Shown here one piece after another: positions 1-12,330 of a stretch of 64,000 bases of DNA. Both the position numbers and the translations under genes were made by a program. Source of the DNA: Ophelia neglecta (taxonomy: Eukaryota). Each line of letters starts with the position of its first letter. Within the stretch, counting starts at the first letter, position 1. Below the pieces are notes generated by a model, which ran no database searches, was not told where the DNA came from, and worked only from the letters and a program-made list of their open reading frames with translations. Location of the stretch: assembly GCA_965285935.1 (NCBI GenBank), contig OZ260665.1:26660001-26724000 (forward strand). The letters run 5' to 3'.

Positions 1-330
1 TCCATCCATCTTTCACTTATCAGTAAAAATGTGTATGTTCGGCTGACATTTGCTTACTTGACCAAGGCAGATAAACCCATCACAAGTGTCCAATTCCAAA
101 CACCGTCCTATCTCTGTGCCCACTTTCCTTGCCGGAAAGGCTGGTCATTAGGAGATAAAACTCTCCCCTGCTGTGTCTCACCCCCGCCCTATTTTGCTTC
201 AAAGGCCACCGAAGTTGATTACTGGAAAGTTAAAAAAAATCCGTGTGTCTAATGGTGGCGATGGGCATCGGAGTCTGGGAGCGTACACTGAGCGGACAAC
301 AACCAAAATTCACCGGTAGTGCATAATATG
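1..330 (+). mobile_element. Highly decayed L2-like LINE ORF2 C-terminal fragment
   Basis: Translation IFHLSVK..RLTFAYL..QTPSYL..WSL resembles L2 LHWLPVK.RI.FK..APSYL..RSL (manual comparison). Confidence 0.4.
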
Positions 331-699
331 CAAAAGCGTGTAGGAGTTATTTAGAATCACGTGAACGGATATTGCTCACAATATGTTTATTCACGGTTTA
401 TTGCCCAGTGTTCGTACAGTCGTCGGATGACGTTTAGCCCTGCCGTACGAAAGGAACGATTAATCAAAAAAAAATTAACTATGCTAATTATTAATACTAA
501 ATACTGATTTAAGAAAAAACGTTTATACCACGTGTTAAGGTTGTTGTTGATATATTTTAGAAAGGACGATACAGGGGTGAATTCCCCCACGCCAATATGT
601 TTATCCCTGGGCTTAGTAATTACCATGTTTTTGCATATTTCTTACTTCATCCATTTGGTATGAGTCTGGACCAGCCAACCCTCTCCAGACCATGTCCCG

Positions 700-960
700 T
701 TCCCATGAGCCTTGTGTTGTTAACCTCCTAAGGTGCTTGAATTACAATGACAACGCCTCTGTGGGGGACTTAATTTGATGTGCTGGACATAGCCTACTTC
801 TGGGCTCATCTCTGGAGCAGACGCCATACGCCATCCGGATTGTTAATAGGTACATTGAACATCCGTCCTTTCCACATGGTGGCCTCCCTCTCCACGAGAA
901 AGCTATTCATTAACTGGTAATTTGTTCAATTATGATGACACTGGTGAATGATTATCGATC
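700..960 (+). mobile_element. Decayed LINE AP-endonuclease fragment
   Basis: VGDL at ~761 followed by RYIEHPSFPHGGLPL at ~848, in the order of GDFN ... QHV..PTH..G..LDL. Confidence 0.33.
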
Positions 961-1379
961 TGGTGTCTTTCACAATCTGAGAACCATAGATTCATTTGTC
1001 TGTAATGTTAACTGCTGCTTGAAACGGTAGGGTGGATTGTATAGCTTTTATGACAGGAACAACATAGTAATTAGTTGTCTAGCTCAAATCAAACTGGTGC
1101 CATAATCTGTTTGCGGGAAAAAGAAATATGCTCTTGATGTCGAGCGGTGGTATTGGTCGTGCTGGAACTACAAACGACATTGTGTCTGGTGATAATCCTT
1201 TTGTTAACTTTGTTTATTTTTTAAAGATATGCGTTCGCTGACACAAGAAAGCAGTAATTATATAAGTTTGCAGAAAGACCAGCATTAAATGGTGCGCAGT
1301 TTAATGGATTTCACGATACGAACAGCTGTTTTCATAGGGCGCCCATGCTTGGCAAGCGAGTCAATTCCTCACCGGGAAT

Positions 1380-1700
1380 AAATGATAACAACACCTTATT
1401 GCTTGCGAAAAATGGAAGGGTTGATGTAATTTTGGATTCAGAATCACTTAGCATATCAAAAAAAAACGTTATATTAATTTTCTGGACTTTACAAATCTGT
1501 CTTAAGCATTTATATGTCATCTGGCAGGTAGTATTGCTATAGGGTAGATACAAAACCGAACTGAGATGAACATGTTGTGGCTCTTACTAGTTAATGCAGA
1601 CAGGAGTTTGCATATGATGTTTATTAGAATTGACTCAATTGTGTCAGATTGCCAGTAAAAACACACATTCATATTGAGGGTCCCAGGTCTTGCCAAGCAA
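1380..1700 (+). mobile_element. Decayed CR1-group RT fragment
   Basis: EKWK, FLDF.NLS*AF and IDSIVSDCQ in the order of EKWK..LD, DLSKAFD, I...SDW; frameshifted. Confidence 0.33.
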
Positions 1701-2624
1701 AGTCTACTAAAATACAATATAGACCACAAAACAAAGTAAGAGGAAAAATCTGTTTGTATGTCGGATTACTCCGATATTGTTTAGATCCATTAACAGAAAT
1801 GACTGCTATGATATCCATTCACACATATCAGCTGCTATATGTCCAATTGTACGTAGTTTTTGCATTGAAGCCGAGTGGCACAATATGTTGTATGTCGTGA
1901 AAATGTAGTAACAACGTAACTATAACGTGGCTGATTATATTCAAAGGTTCAAGTAACTGTTGGCATTAATCCAAACGTTGCTATATAAAATATAATATAC
2001 TCTAGAGGCCCCACAGTCGTGGTTTTCACTCACTATTCTTTTCTAACATAATGCACTTTAAATATCATCTTTGATTAAATATTTATTTTACATTACCGCG
2101 ATCCATAATGGCTGTTATGCCAGCTTTAAGACAAACACGTTCATAGCATTTTATTGCCGAAAAGGTTTTTGTAGGATACACTATTTTCGCGTCATGGTTC
2201 GTCTAGTCTGGTATACTTTTTATATTTTATGTATGCCTGTCTTATAAAATTTCTCCCAATTCAGGTCATTCCATTGTATTATATCTAACTAAACAAAATA
2301 CAGAAATCAGCCGATGACATCTTGTAAGTAGCCTGCGGAAATATGTTGTGGGGCAAAACTTGGTAACACCCACCACCTGCTTTCAACATCCCACGTGTTT
2401 TATAACGTGAAAAGCGCCCATTTCTTAACAAAGGCAGCTGCAAAATAAATAAAATAAATAAGTTTTCACTAAGGCCTTCTAACGTAGAATGTTGCTATTA
2501 TACAGAAATGAGACCGTTTTAGTTCGGTTGTCGGTGTACCAAACTGGCTAGTCAACAAAATGATTTGACCCCAATCAGTGCAAGTGTGTGTGTGTGAGTA
2601 CCGACATTTATCAGCCTTCATTTA

Positions 2625-3030
2625 CATATCCATCTTTCCCCATAATGTGCGTGAGGCAATTGGTTTCCTGACACCTATAATTAGGTCCAATGCAGTAAAA
2701 CAATCACTACCCCAGCAGCCGATAGAACAGGCTCTCCTTAATCGTTAGAGTTCAGCCGTCATTGCTTTATTTGACATTTGCAATTGGCATTTTGGTGACG
2801 AATTGTTCCGTGAAATCACCAAGGTGAGGAAGGCATGCCGGAAACGACTTGAGTGCTTTGATAAAAAGGGCGGTGGCTATATTTAAGGCAGATTTGGTAC
2901 GACACTGTCAGAACATCCTTTAATCATCACCCATCGAGTTGTGTACCATGCTTATAATGTCAATACGAAACTGCAATTAAGCTTTTAATTGGTAGTGCGT
3001 GGAAATCTGTGTTATAGGCCACAGTGACTC
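2625..3030 (+). mobile_element. Decayed L2-like RT N-terminal half
   Basis: IFPHNVREAI..TPII, ACRK..SALIKRAVAIFKAD, IELCT, LIGSAWK match FP...K.AIV.PLL, AYRK.HSTETALLKV.NDI..A.D, LDLSA, GI.G.ALKW. Confidence 0.45.
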
Positions 3031-3108
3031 ACAATCCAGTGCTGTCGAAATTGAATGTTGAGCAGACAGGTGTTTTTAAGCGTAGTGAATATACCATAAT
3101 GTCTACTC

Positions 3109-3126
3109 TGCTGCCACCTAGCGGTG
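3109..3126 (-). promoter_or_regulatory. CTCF-like binding motif
   Basis: Minus strand reads CACCGCTAGGTGGCAGCA, a close match to the CTCF core CC(A/G)(C/G)(C/T)AG(A/G)(T/G)GGC(A/G)(G/C); motif only, no binding evidence. Confidence 0.45.
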
Positions 3127-3457
3127 TCGACTTCCTCAATCAACAGCCGTTCTTTTTTCTATGGTTGAACAGCGTTGTATATTTTTGACAATTCTGTTCA
3201 TTCACTCCGCATCTAAATAATACATATTTTTTTGTAAAGTAGACATAAATAGGTCTACCGTAACAAAATACACATAAAAAATAGCCATATGTAGATAATT
3301 GTTGCGGCACACACACACACTCTCAAACCTCATCAGTGCAACCCCACCCCTGTCCCCACCCCCACCCCCGAGCAATGCTATTGAACTGATATTTCCCGCA
3401 CAAACACATATTTCAACCCATGCATCCAAATGCTAAGTCGAAAAAAGAGTCATGAAT

Positions 3458-3686
3458 CAGTGATTCATCAAAGAATTTGGAGGTACGAGTCCGAGGACTC
3501 GCTGGTGAAAAATAGGTATGTCCTTAGGAAAATTCACGGAGTCCTCAATGTATTTTAAGGTTATATTGTAATTTGGTGAGTTGTGGGGCTCGCTTCAGTG
3601 CAGGAATGCGAGTGTTTTTTTTGAGTCAAAGGATTCTGGGAAGCTACAGACTTGGATCTCTAGACTCGGAGGTAAATGAATCACTG
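3458..3686. mobile_element. Non-autonomous DNA transposon (MITE), hAT-like termini
   Basis: Perfect 11-bp TIRs CAGTGATTCAT (3458) / ATGAATCACTG (3676-3686), near-matching flanks CATGAAT / CTTGAAT, subterminal palindrome CGAGTCC-GA-GGACTCG. Confidence 0.6.
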
Positions 3687-3924
3687 CTTGAATACCAATC
3701 TCAGCTAAATCTTGAATACTAATATCTGCGGAATGTCCATACATTGGGCTAATGCACAGCAATAGCCGCCCTGGATGTCAACAAATGTGCATAATGCAAT
3801 TACACTGCCTTTTTAAATAAGTTTTTCGCGGTTCAGTTCATTAAAGTAGGTTTTATGGTGATGAATTAACATATTTCGTGACACAGAACAAATCCCGATG
3901 GCAGCCTAGCTTTCAGTTTTCTTC

Positions 3925-4860
3925 CCTGCTCACAGTTAAAGACATCCTGCTAACGACAAAGTCGCAAAATTGCTATAATAATGAACGATGAACTCCCGAA
4001 TTGACTCTAAGGGCCAATTTGTGTGGTTAATGTCACACATTACATTATCTCTTAGATGTCCGCCTTGCAGAACTCTATATCTGATGTTCCAAAGTTAGTT
4101 CATCTTCGGTGTTCCTTATTTTGACATCTTCCGGCTTGTACTAGGCACACTTTTGACCCGTCATGTGCAACTGGCGGCTACTCTGTTCACTAAGGTTATT
4201 CATTAACTCCTAGATTCCCAATTATGGAACATGTCAATGGAACCGTATTGATTTATCGCCATTCCCTCGACTTTAGCCCTAGTAGTGGCCTTTATCACGA
4301 CATGCTCATCTTGACGTGATTGCGGCGTGTTGTATGGCAAATGTTAATATACTTGAGGATGAATGCTCTGTACACACGGACAAATCTGGACAATTAATAA
4401 TTTCAGGCATGTAATTCAGTTTTCTAGACTTGCCTTACTTTCACTGACAAACGCCACTAACGAGGTATTTGACAAGAAATAACCGTTAGTTGTTCATTGC
4501 TATTACGAGCTCGACTTTATCTTGATTTTCATAGAATGACATGTGTTTTTCATAATCATTCATAATTTTCGTTGTGTTTGGCTAGTCTACTGCATCATCG
4601 AATTGGCAAAAGCTGACTCGGACCTCAAAACAAATCACTCAGGTTTCATCTTGAAACGCAATACTTCCGGGATAGATCTGGTTTTGAGCGGAAGTGGGTC
4701 AGCGTCTCCCGCCTGTGGTCTGAATGGCAGCACCATCAGCCAAAACCAATTGTCTTCAAATACACGGGGCTTAGTGCAAATGTGTCAAGGGGCTGGAACA
4801 CCGCGACTGTCGGATTCAATGACAAACAAACTATGGGAGTATATATGGTTCATGAAAGGT
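3925..4860 (+). mobile_element. Decayed L2-like ORF2 (RT N-terminus to thumb)
   Basis: VKDILLTTKSQNC..DELPN*L (SKSC.LDPLPTWL), IYRHS..YHDML (AYR..HS..ND.L), and ORF 4543 WLVYCIIELAKADSDL..LSSNTRGLVQMCQGA (WM..N.LKLN.DKTE..LSM..HI..VC..A). Confidence 0.42.
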
Positions 4861-5614
4861 AATTATACGCGATAGGCCTATGATGGGTTATAACCTCGAT
4901 GCGTGAATTTAGTAAGAAGGGAATAATTGATATTTAGAGATGCTTATAGTTATATAGGGTAAGCGCGATATATGATCCCAGCACAAAAGTACAGTATCTC
5001 TATGTCCCCGTCCCCTCATTAAATGGTATGTTTCATCACCCGCGTCCCTCTGTTTTTTAATAAAAAAGCAACGATATTTTCCTATTAATTTAGTTTAGTT
5101 ATTGACATGGGACTATGTCATTTCAAAAAGCGAGCAACATGTGTCAAATGGATGTAGAACATGTAGATTATAATTTGAAAACAAATTCAATCAAACATAC
5201 ATTTGACATGATTATGTTGTTGTTGGTATTCCTTCCTTTTAACTTTCGCACAGTACATAGTCATTATTATTTCATTTCTTGGTTCACGAACGTTATCAAA
5301 CCAAAAACAGGGGTCGGTCTCCGGAAAAAATAAGAAAAATCGTCAAATACATGGGGTCTGTTTGATAAAAAAATCCTGCCTTTTTAATCAAGCAAAAATT
5401 TGTTTGAAATTCTCTCGATCCATTTAATCCTAATTCGGCATACAAACGTAAATTTAAGGTTAAATGAAGATTTCTTTATGTAGATTACGCAGAATAGAAT
5501 GCAACTTTATTATCTGAGTTTGTCGGTGTTAAACAACATTCACCAAGTGAAGTCAATTAAGTTTAATCAATTACATAAAAGATAAATTTAAACGGGGATG
5601 ATACTGTTTATATT

Positions 5615-5835
5615 GTGTCCGCAGAGTTTGCACTCTCTACTTTAGACGTTTTCTGTTGGTTCCCCACCTATAAATTATCCGCCATTGTCGCCGATTTATC
5701 AACGGCTGTATCGGCTTTTGTATGGCAGAATGGACGAGCTTCATTTAATTCATGCATACGCACCACCGCTTCTCTAATGTGTCCACTAAAATCCAATGAG
5801 GGTTTAAGTTACAAACATCCATTTAAGGAGAGTGT
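5615..5835 (+). mobile_element. Decayed L2-like ORF2 C-terminus
   Basis: FPTYKL..AVSAFVWQN..IRTTASL..KS..KHPFK resembles VP..KL..SV.AP.LWN..IR...SL..FKS.LKTHLFK; possibly the 3' end of the 3925-4860 copy. Confidence 0.4.
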
Positions 5836-5889
5836 GCTAATTCACCAATGGCGTGGACAATAAATGTCCGACAGTGGGCATACTGTTTA

Positions 5890-6300
5890 CCAAAAAAAAT
5901 TGTCGGCAGCAAAGAAAATACTAAACAACGATATTTTTCATTAGTCCACATGCTGCATATTCTGCATATCGGAGGGTTTTGTAAAGTAAAGTATACAAAA
6001 ATTTCACCACATCAGTTTCAGTGAAACTGTCAACAGACCCACAGACGAGACGTTTACAATGAAGAATCAAGGGGCATAGAGTTAAAGCTCCTTCGTAACT
6101 TGTTTAAGAAGCCTTTTGTAACTGGATGCTCATGGGATCGACCATTGTCAGCACACGGATAATGCTATTTATTTGTTGCAATGTCACCAAAAGCCAAATT
6201 AATCATTTGGTTCAACAGCGATACCAGTGGGTGAACAGAGGTCAGTGTGGAGGGATGACGTGATTGGCATTGCTTGGCTTGTGACGATCTATCAAAAACG
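5890..6300 (-). mobile_element. Decayed L2-like RT N-terminal fragment
   Basis: SSQAKQCQSRHPSTL..LVSLLNQMINLAFGD, FTETDVVK and IFFAAD match SKSC.LDPIPT..IINLSL..G, STETALVK, DLSAAFD. Confidence 0.45.
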
Positions 6301-6789
6301 ACCAGCGGTTTATTCATTCCACCCATATTGTAACCTAAATCAGCGATTGAAGTCACTAAAGCCGACATTAGATTCTTAATAGATTAAATATTACTATTAT
6401 CTAATATAATTGTACTTTACAGGGATTCTTATTTCAACCTCGGCTATACTTATTGGATTATGAGACCTATATTTGTAGGCGTCGACAAGTGGCAATGCAG
6501 GAGCATCTAAATTACGGTTACAACCAATTGTGTATTGATGATGTAAATATTGTTAATGCACGCACGTTTCATACTTGACTGTTTCCCAACGACCAATTTT
6601 CCTACACTTACCTATTGCTATTTACAAACATATGTATAGTTAACGGCAGCAGTTCAAATGTAATTTTTCAGCTAATATTTCATGCAGGTGTAAATACAAT
6701 CCGGTACTATGTTCTTCATAAAGTTAGTTTTATACATGCTCCAAACGTATTCCAAACGTATTTAATGACATTCAATAAATAAACAACTA

Positions 6790-7130
6790 GCATACTGGCT
6801 TTATAATTTATATATGTATATACATGGCTATATAAAGGCTGATTTTGGGCATGAAGCTGGCGGTTCCTGCTGGTTTTGGGGGGATTTAGTATGCAACTAT
6901 TGGTTACTGAAGGTTACTATGCTAGGTTTATAACTTGGCTTTGTCTGCCGGGTGTCCACTCTCGTTTTCAGGTAAATGTATCCGAAATCTACTGCCTAAG
7001 AATTTAAATTTTTCTCCGTCACTTAAAAGGAGTTTTATCCCCTGAATCAGGTAGGGAACAAGTACAAAGATTTCTGTTTGTGTGGTGACAGTTCCCCAGT
7101 GTTTGATATAAACCACTTGTCCACGTGGCA
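6790..7130 (-). mobile_element. Decayed RTE-clade LINE fragment
   Basis: TQTEIFV..EKFKFLGS..DKA then PKISLYIAM match RTE KKTEVM..KFKYLGS..I.KA..TKI.LY.A.V. Confidence 0.5.
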
Positions 7131-7534
7131 AGTGGTGCCCTCAACGTCATAAGTAATACATAAAATAATAATTTAATGATATTAAACAATGGAACAAATA
7201 ATTTCATGCGAAACGGACGGCCATTTTATATTTGAGTCTTTTGCAAAGTATGCATTAGATTGAGTTAAGCTGGATGATGCAGATTAGGCATCTCTTATTG
7301 ATTGTCTGGAAGTCATGAAAACAGAGACAGACGCACATTTAAAACAAGGAGTGAATACCTGGCAGGCTTGTTGACTTTGTAAGAGCATGTGCTTCTCTGT
7401 CTGATTTTTAACAAAAGGCACCGAGACCTGACGTCTAACTCATAGACCTAGCGTTAAGGGTATTGCACAGATTCCTAACCCACTATGATATTCATAACCA
7501 GTTTAACACTTAGCGAACTGGGATTGGTGTTTGT

Positions 7535-7935
7535 CCGCTACACGCTGACCGTTCCTAATGTCATGGACCGTTTGTCAGCCGGGTATCAACTCCAGCTTTT
7601 TACCGCGACGGTTCGTAGAGACATTAGCAAAAGGTTTCTATTTTATGGTAGATAGCCACCAGTATTATGCCGACGACTTACTTTACGATCAATTCATATA
7701 ACACAGTTCGTACAATCATACTGCCAATTAAACTGATTGGACTCGGTTAGCATCCTACAACTGCCATGCCAATTAGGATAAGAGAATGCAGAAGACGATT
7801 TCTCTGGCATCTTTATTACTCCTCGTCAATTTTGTATATCTGTGTGCCAATGGAGAACGCACAGCATGAAACGCATCAAAATTTATATTCGTTTCCGAGT
7901 AATACGGAATTCTTTCTAGAACAAATAACAAAATT
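7535..7935 (+). mobile_element. Decayed RTE-clade LINE C-terminal fragment
   Basis: YTLT..DRLSAGY, IRECRRRFLWH, QHE..FLEQI match WTLT..RLDG.Y, IR.RRLRF.GH, P.HG..DQL. Confidence 0.4.
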
Positions 7936-8609
7936 AGTGCAATCACATGACTATTACCATCATGCAGATATTTAATACAAAAATTGTCATCATTTAATGA
8001 ACTTTTCTTTATTGAAGCACTTTTTCTAGTTGCTTAATTCCATTATATACGTTTGTGTATGGAGTTCCATCCATCACGGCGGCCTCATTCTAATTGAACT
8101 TTACTCAATCCCTTGGATATTGACCGACTGTGATCTAGGTGCACCTGGTATTGATTTTCCTTCTAGTGTGACATCTTTTGTGTCGTGAATGTCTCTGGCC
8201 CAAGAAGAAATTAAAGATTTTTTTCCCTTGGAACGAGGGGACTAGTGTCAATTCAGCTTTTCTCAAGACTGATATCGTCCTATGAAATATTCATAAAGTT
8301 CCAAGCATTCTCCATTGCATAGTGGAAACGGATTTAAAAGTGTCCCTAGTGGCCAACAGATGTCTCAATATCAAAATATTACCTAATTGTCACTATTAGT
8401 TGTTTTCTACGGGAACCCATTAACAGCCCAACCAAAGGAATCTTTGACAACTTTGGCAAGCTGGAAACAAATTATTTATAAATATATCTTACCTTCAATT
8501 AGGTAAATGTCTGTTGCATTTCATTTGCTATTTAAAGGCGGATGTGCAATTGATTTATAATGCTTTATGAATTAATATGCGATCAGAAAATACGGAATAT
8601 TGGCCCACG

Positions 8610-8816
8610 TCAATAATTGTGTGTGTATAATGATAAGTACAAATAAAAGAGTCTATTAGGTGGCACCACTTTCTTTTCGAGCTGCTTTTGTAAGAATTTG
8701 AAAGCTTTTGTTAAGAGTGATTGGTATGGTTTGTTAGTGCTGTTCAAAGTTTGTTGATAAACAAGAGCACTGATGTTACAGATAGGTTTATATTTTAAAA
8801 CAATTACCTTATACAA
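8610..8816 (-). mobile_element. Decayed CR1-group RT N-terminal fragment
   Basis: ORF 8610: KVIVLKYK..PYQSLL..QLEKKV..NRLFYLYL..HN resembles KVIPIYK..RPISLL..LEK.V..RL..YL..N. Confidence 0.4.
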
Positions 8817-8989
8817 AACAAGTCATATAATTTAATCTGGCGCGAGGAAAATAGTGATGTGGTAGGCAATTAAGTATATAATATTGGATAGATAATTCAA
8901 ATTCAGCCCAATATTTATTTCTCATTATATATTGACTAACCTTTGAGCTTTACAGTCTCTTCGAATATTATTTATGCACTCATCACATT

Positions 8990-9270
8990 GCCACATTTCC
9001 CAATCGCAACCTGCTCTATGTCCATTTCTATTAACCATTTTATTTATCCATATGTTGTGCAATAGCTCCTTCAGTTATTTGTTTTATAAGCAAGCCGATG
9101 CCAATGAGGACCTGTTGTAATTATTTACACCACAAACTGCAGGAAAAAATTACCCCAAGATGAGAAAGTCATACAATGGGGTTGTAAGTTGTGTTCGTCT
9201 AATTTCAAGCTGCAGTAGTTCCGTTAATCTTGTCCCCAATTCTTCATCTGCGTAATGCTTGAATACTATT
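8990..9270 (-). mobile_element. Decayed L2-like RT/thumb fragment
   Basis: FKHYADEEL (~9260-9235), HLGVIFP (~9160) and SRLRLGN (~9015) in the order YADDTQL, NLGVIFD, SRLDY.N. Confidence 0.5.
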
Positions 9271-9909
9271 GGACAGAGCCGTTGGGTCCATTTGACAACC
9301 CAAAAGTCATGTGGTTCGCAAAATGTTTAAGGCAAGCCGTTGTGTTACAATTCTAAATTAACTGATAAAATTTTGCCAGTCTGCCACTATAAATGACTAG
9401 AAGGTTATGCCAAGAAAATTTCAAACAAACCTGCTATTCTTATATTGACTATTGTGAAAATAAAGAGTACTTCATTTAGATGACGGTTGTAAACGAACAG
9501 ACGACGTAGTCATTCAAATAAATAAATGACAATTTTTTGTTGTAAACCTTGAAAGAACGCGTGCTCTGGAGATATGGGCCCAGAAGAGTGCCTAATTTCA
9601 TCATGACACGGCATTTGGTTAGTATTGGGTCGCGTATGGGCACCCATCTGGATTATAAAACAGATACTAATGCCAATTGATGGGTATGCGTGGTGTCTGT
9701 TGCTTAAGGTTATGCATCAACATGTAATTGTGCAATTTTTTTCCGTATACAAAAAAACTTCCGATTATTGACATCCAAATGACCTTCGCCGCTTATACAT
9801 ATTCCATCGTGTTTATAGTTTATGTACTTTTAGATCAACGCGCTAGGTTACTCGTATTCCGCGCCCTGGTCCAGAGCTGCTGATCCGATAAAATCATAAA
9901 TAGCTTATC

Positions 9910-10080
9910 CAGTTAACCCTTTCATTGCAAACCAGAGTTAAGCGCTGCACCGCAGCATTGCCAAGAGTTCATTCAGCTATTGCACTCTTTCTTTCGTCCA
10001 AATATGGGTGCCTTTAATCAGTAGATACATGCAATTAGAAAACACGGTCTAGGTACTCTAATGCATTATTTCTGCAGCGG
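9910..10080 (+). mobile_element. Decayed L2-like post-RT fragment
   Basis: QLTL..KRCTAAL..FLS, IHAI, RYSNALF resemble LTL..HI, IHAF, DYCNALL. Confidence 0.33.
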
Positions 10081-11559
10081 AATTCAATTTCTTTCAACAT
10101 TAGCGGCATTCGCTGTCAATGCACGACGTTTTCGGTCTGAACTGGGCATATATGGTAATTTGAATTATGCCACTAGGAATGCGTTTTTGGATTCGCTTAT
10201 GAAAAGTCCATGATGTTGATGTTAAACTTAAGGTTTCTTCCTATCTGAATTTTAATAATTCAGTTCGTGCGACAACATGTGTTTTCTTTCTTCATATATG
10301 CTAGCCTTTTGCCGCTCAAGATATAATGAGTTTGTGATTCGTGATCACCAGAGCTTTGATTACAAAAACATGTGTTTCATATGATTGCTTTATCCGACTT
10401 AGTTTCTCCGAGTAAAAACTCATCACTTCCTTCCTTTATTTAGGCACCATTTCTGAAAACGGTAGACAGAACCCTATTGAACGTGGTCTCACGGATAGCG
10501 CATTTCTCTAGATGTTGTCTCGTAACTCTATTGAATAATCAGAATTTGGATTACACTTGGATAGATAGTACCTACGTTGCAGCGGCTGCCTCTTTATTAC
10601 TGTAGGGTGAATTTATACCGAATTGAGGTTTACTCCATATTTTTTAATGTATTGAATCGGATTAGTTTAGCAGATCTGTATAAGATGTAGGAAGAATGTG
10701 GATGAACGAAGTGCAGACGAGGAATAGCACGTGACTAGCCAAGTTACTGCCTTATGATATGAGTAAAGAGTATCGTGCTAAACAGCAAGGATGGCCTGGG
10801 ACAAATGGTCACCACAGACAAATGAAGAAAGGAACGGAATCACAAACACCCCCCCCCCCTCCCCCTCTCCCCCAAACACCACCATGCCCCGACGAACACA
10901 TACACACACACACAACAAATAACACACGTACCACGTAACGCATCACAAAGGAGTACAATAAAAGCACGCAGCCCGACACATACGTCAAAGCGCGCGCAAA
11001 ACACGAATTTGTCTGACAATGACGAGTTTTAATTTTTTTGTATTTAAATATTATGATCGATAGTGTCAAACATCTTTGACAAATCCTTACTTATAGGACC
11101 CCCCCCCCCCCTCCGCGTACTGCTCAATCACGGGGTGACCTCATAATGTGATTCATGATGTATAATGAAAATATATTCTTTACAACTTTCTCCTGGAATA
11201 TACAACATATTAATTCCATATCCATCCCCACACAAACTTAAGCTTCTATTCTCTTATTTAAAATCTGAAAAAGTCTAGATATACTTCTCACTTAAGTTAA
11301 TAGTTAATCCACAATGCTCAATTATAATTTCACTTTGATTGATGAGCCTGTAATTGTTTTTAATTGAAGGTTATATGCAACAGAATTGTGAGACAGCCAC
11401 GTTTCTTGAAGACAATGTATGAGATAAGATAATATGTACCATATAACCGCAACAATGAGCAGGTACTGATGTTACCACACGAAAACTGGTCGAGTTAGTA
11501 TACAGTATGTCCAATGCCTAAGTGGCACGCTTAATTCGATGTGTACCATCGTGCCATTC

Positions 11560-12330
11560 CGTGGGCATCCCTGGGGCAAGTTACAGCCTAACTTTTAATA
11601 GGAACATTGAAACCTTCTTCTAGCAGAGTTTCTCTCAACGGAGCTCATTCATTTACTAGTAATTCGCTCAATTATGGTGAATAGTGTGCTATGACCATCG
11701 ACTCATTGACGTTCTCTGGCTAAAAACAGCCTAATCCTTTATCTGCAGCACCACGCTTTGTGTGAAAAACAGTTGCATGGATTGGATATTGCTTTTTGCC
11801 TCCTGAAGCGAAATTGATATTTTTCGCCCATCTGCAGACAGATGCTACAATTCGTTTACCCAGACGTTAAATATGTTCAGAATACCACACTGTGGATCTC
11901 ATGTAGATATTACAATCTACAGAATTTAAGTTGGAAAATTTATATCATATTGAGATTAGGTAGAGAAAAAACAATGTATTTTCTAATTGGATAGCAGAAA
12001 ACACAATGGTTCATTCATTACAGTTTTACACGTATCTTTAGGATGCCAGCCGTTAATTTAAGGGTTTCATCAAGTACACAAGTTCAAAGAAACGGCTTAG
12101 CGAAATAACGTACCGGAAAAGAGCATATAAATTGTTAAATTTAGGCAAGCACTCACTAATTGATTACTGTTTTCGTGTTGATAGGCTAATTTTTCATTCC
12201 AGGTACTCACTGGTTTTCATTGTTGAATTTTTTGTCCATTTGCCACATATACACCTTGTCGAAAGAGTCGTTTCTCTCAAACTATTTACTCGGTATATCA
12301 AGGCTTTTTATTTGATTCATTGGCAACTGG
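11560..12330 (+). mobile_element. Decayed CR1/L2-group RT fragment(s)
   Basis: VGIPG, RVSLNGAHS..LNYG, LSEITYRKRAYKLLNLGK, VERVVSLKL..HW match GI.G, RV.LNG..S..YGVP, L..I..W...NKL.LN..K, IERV.S.KLLG..W. Confidence 0.45.
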
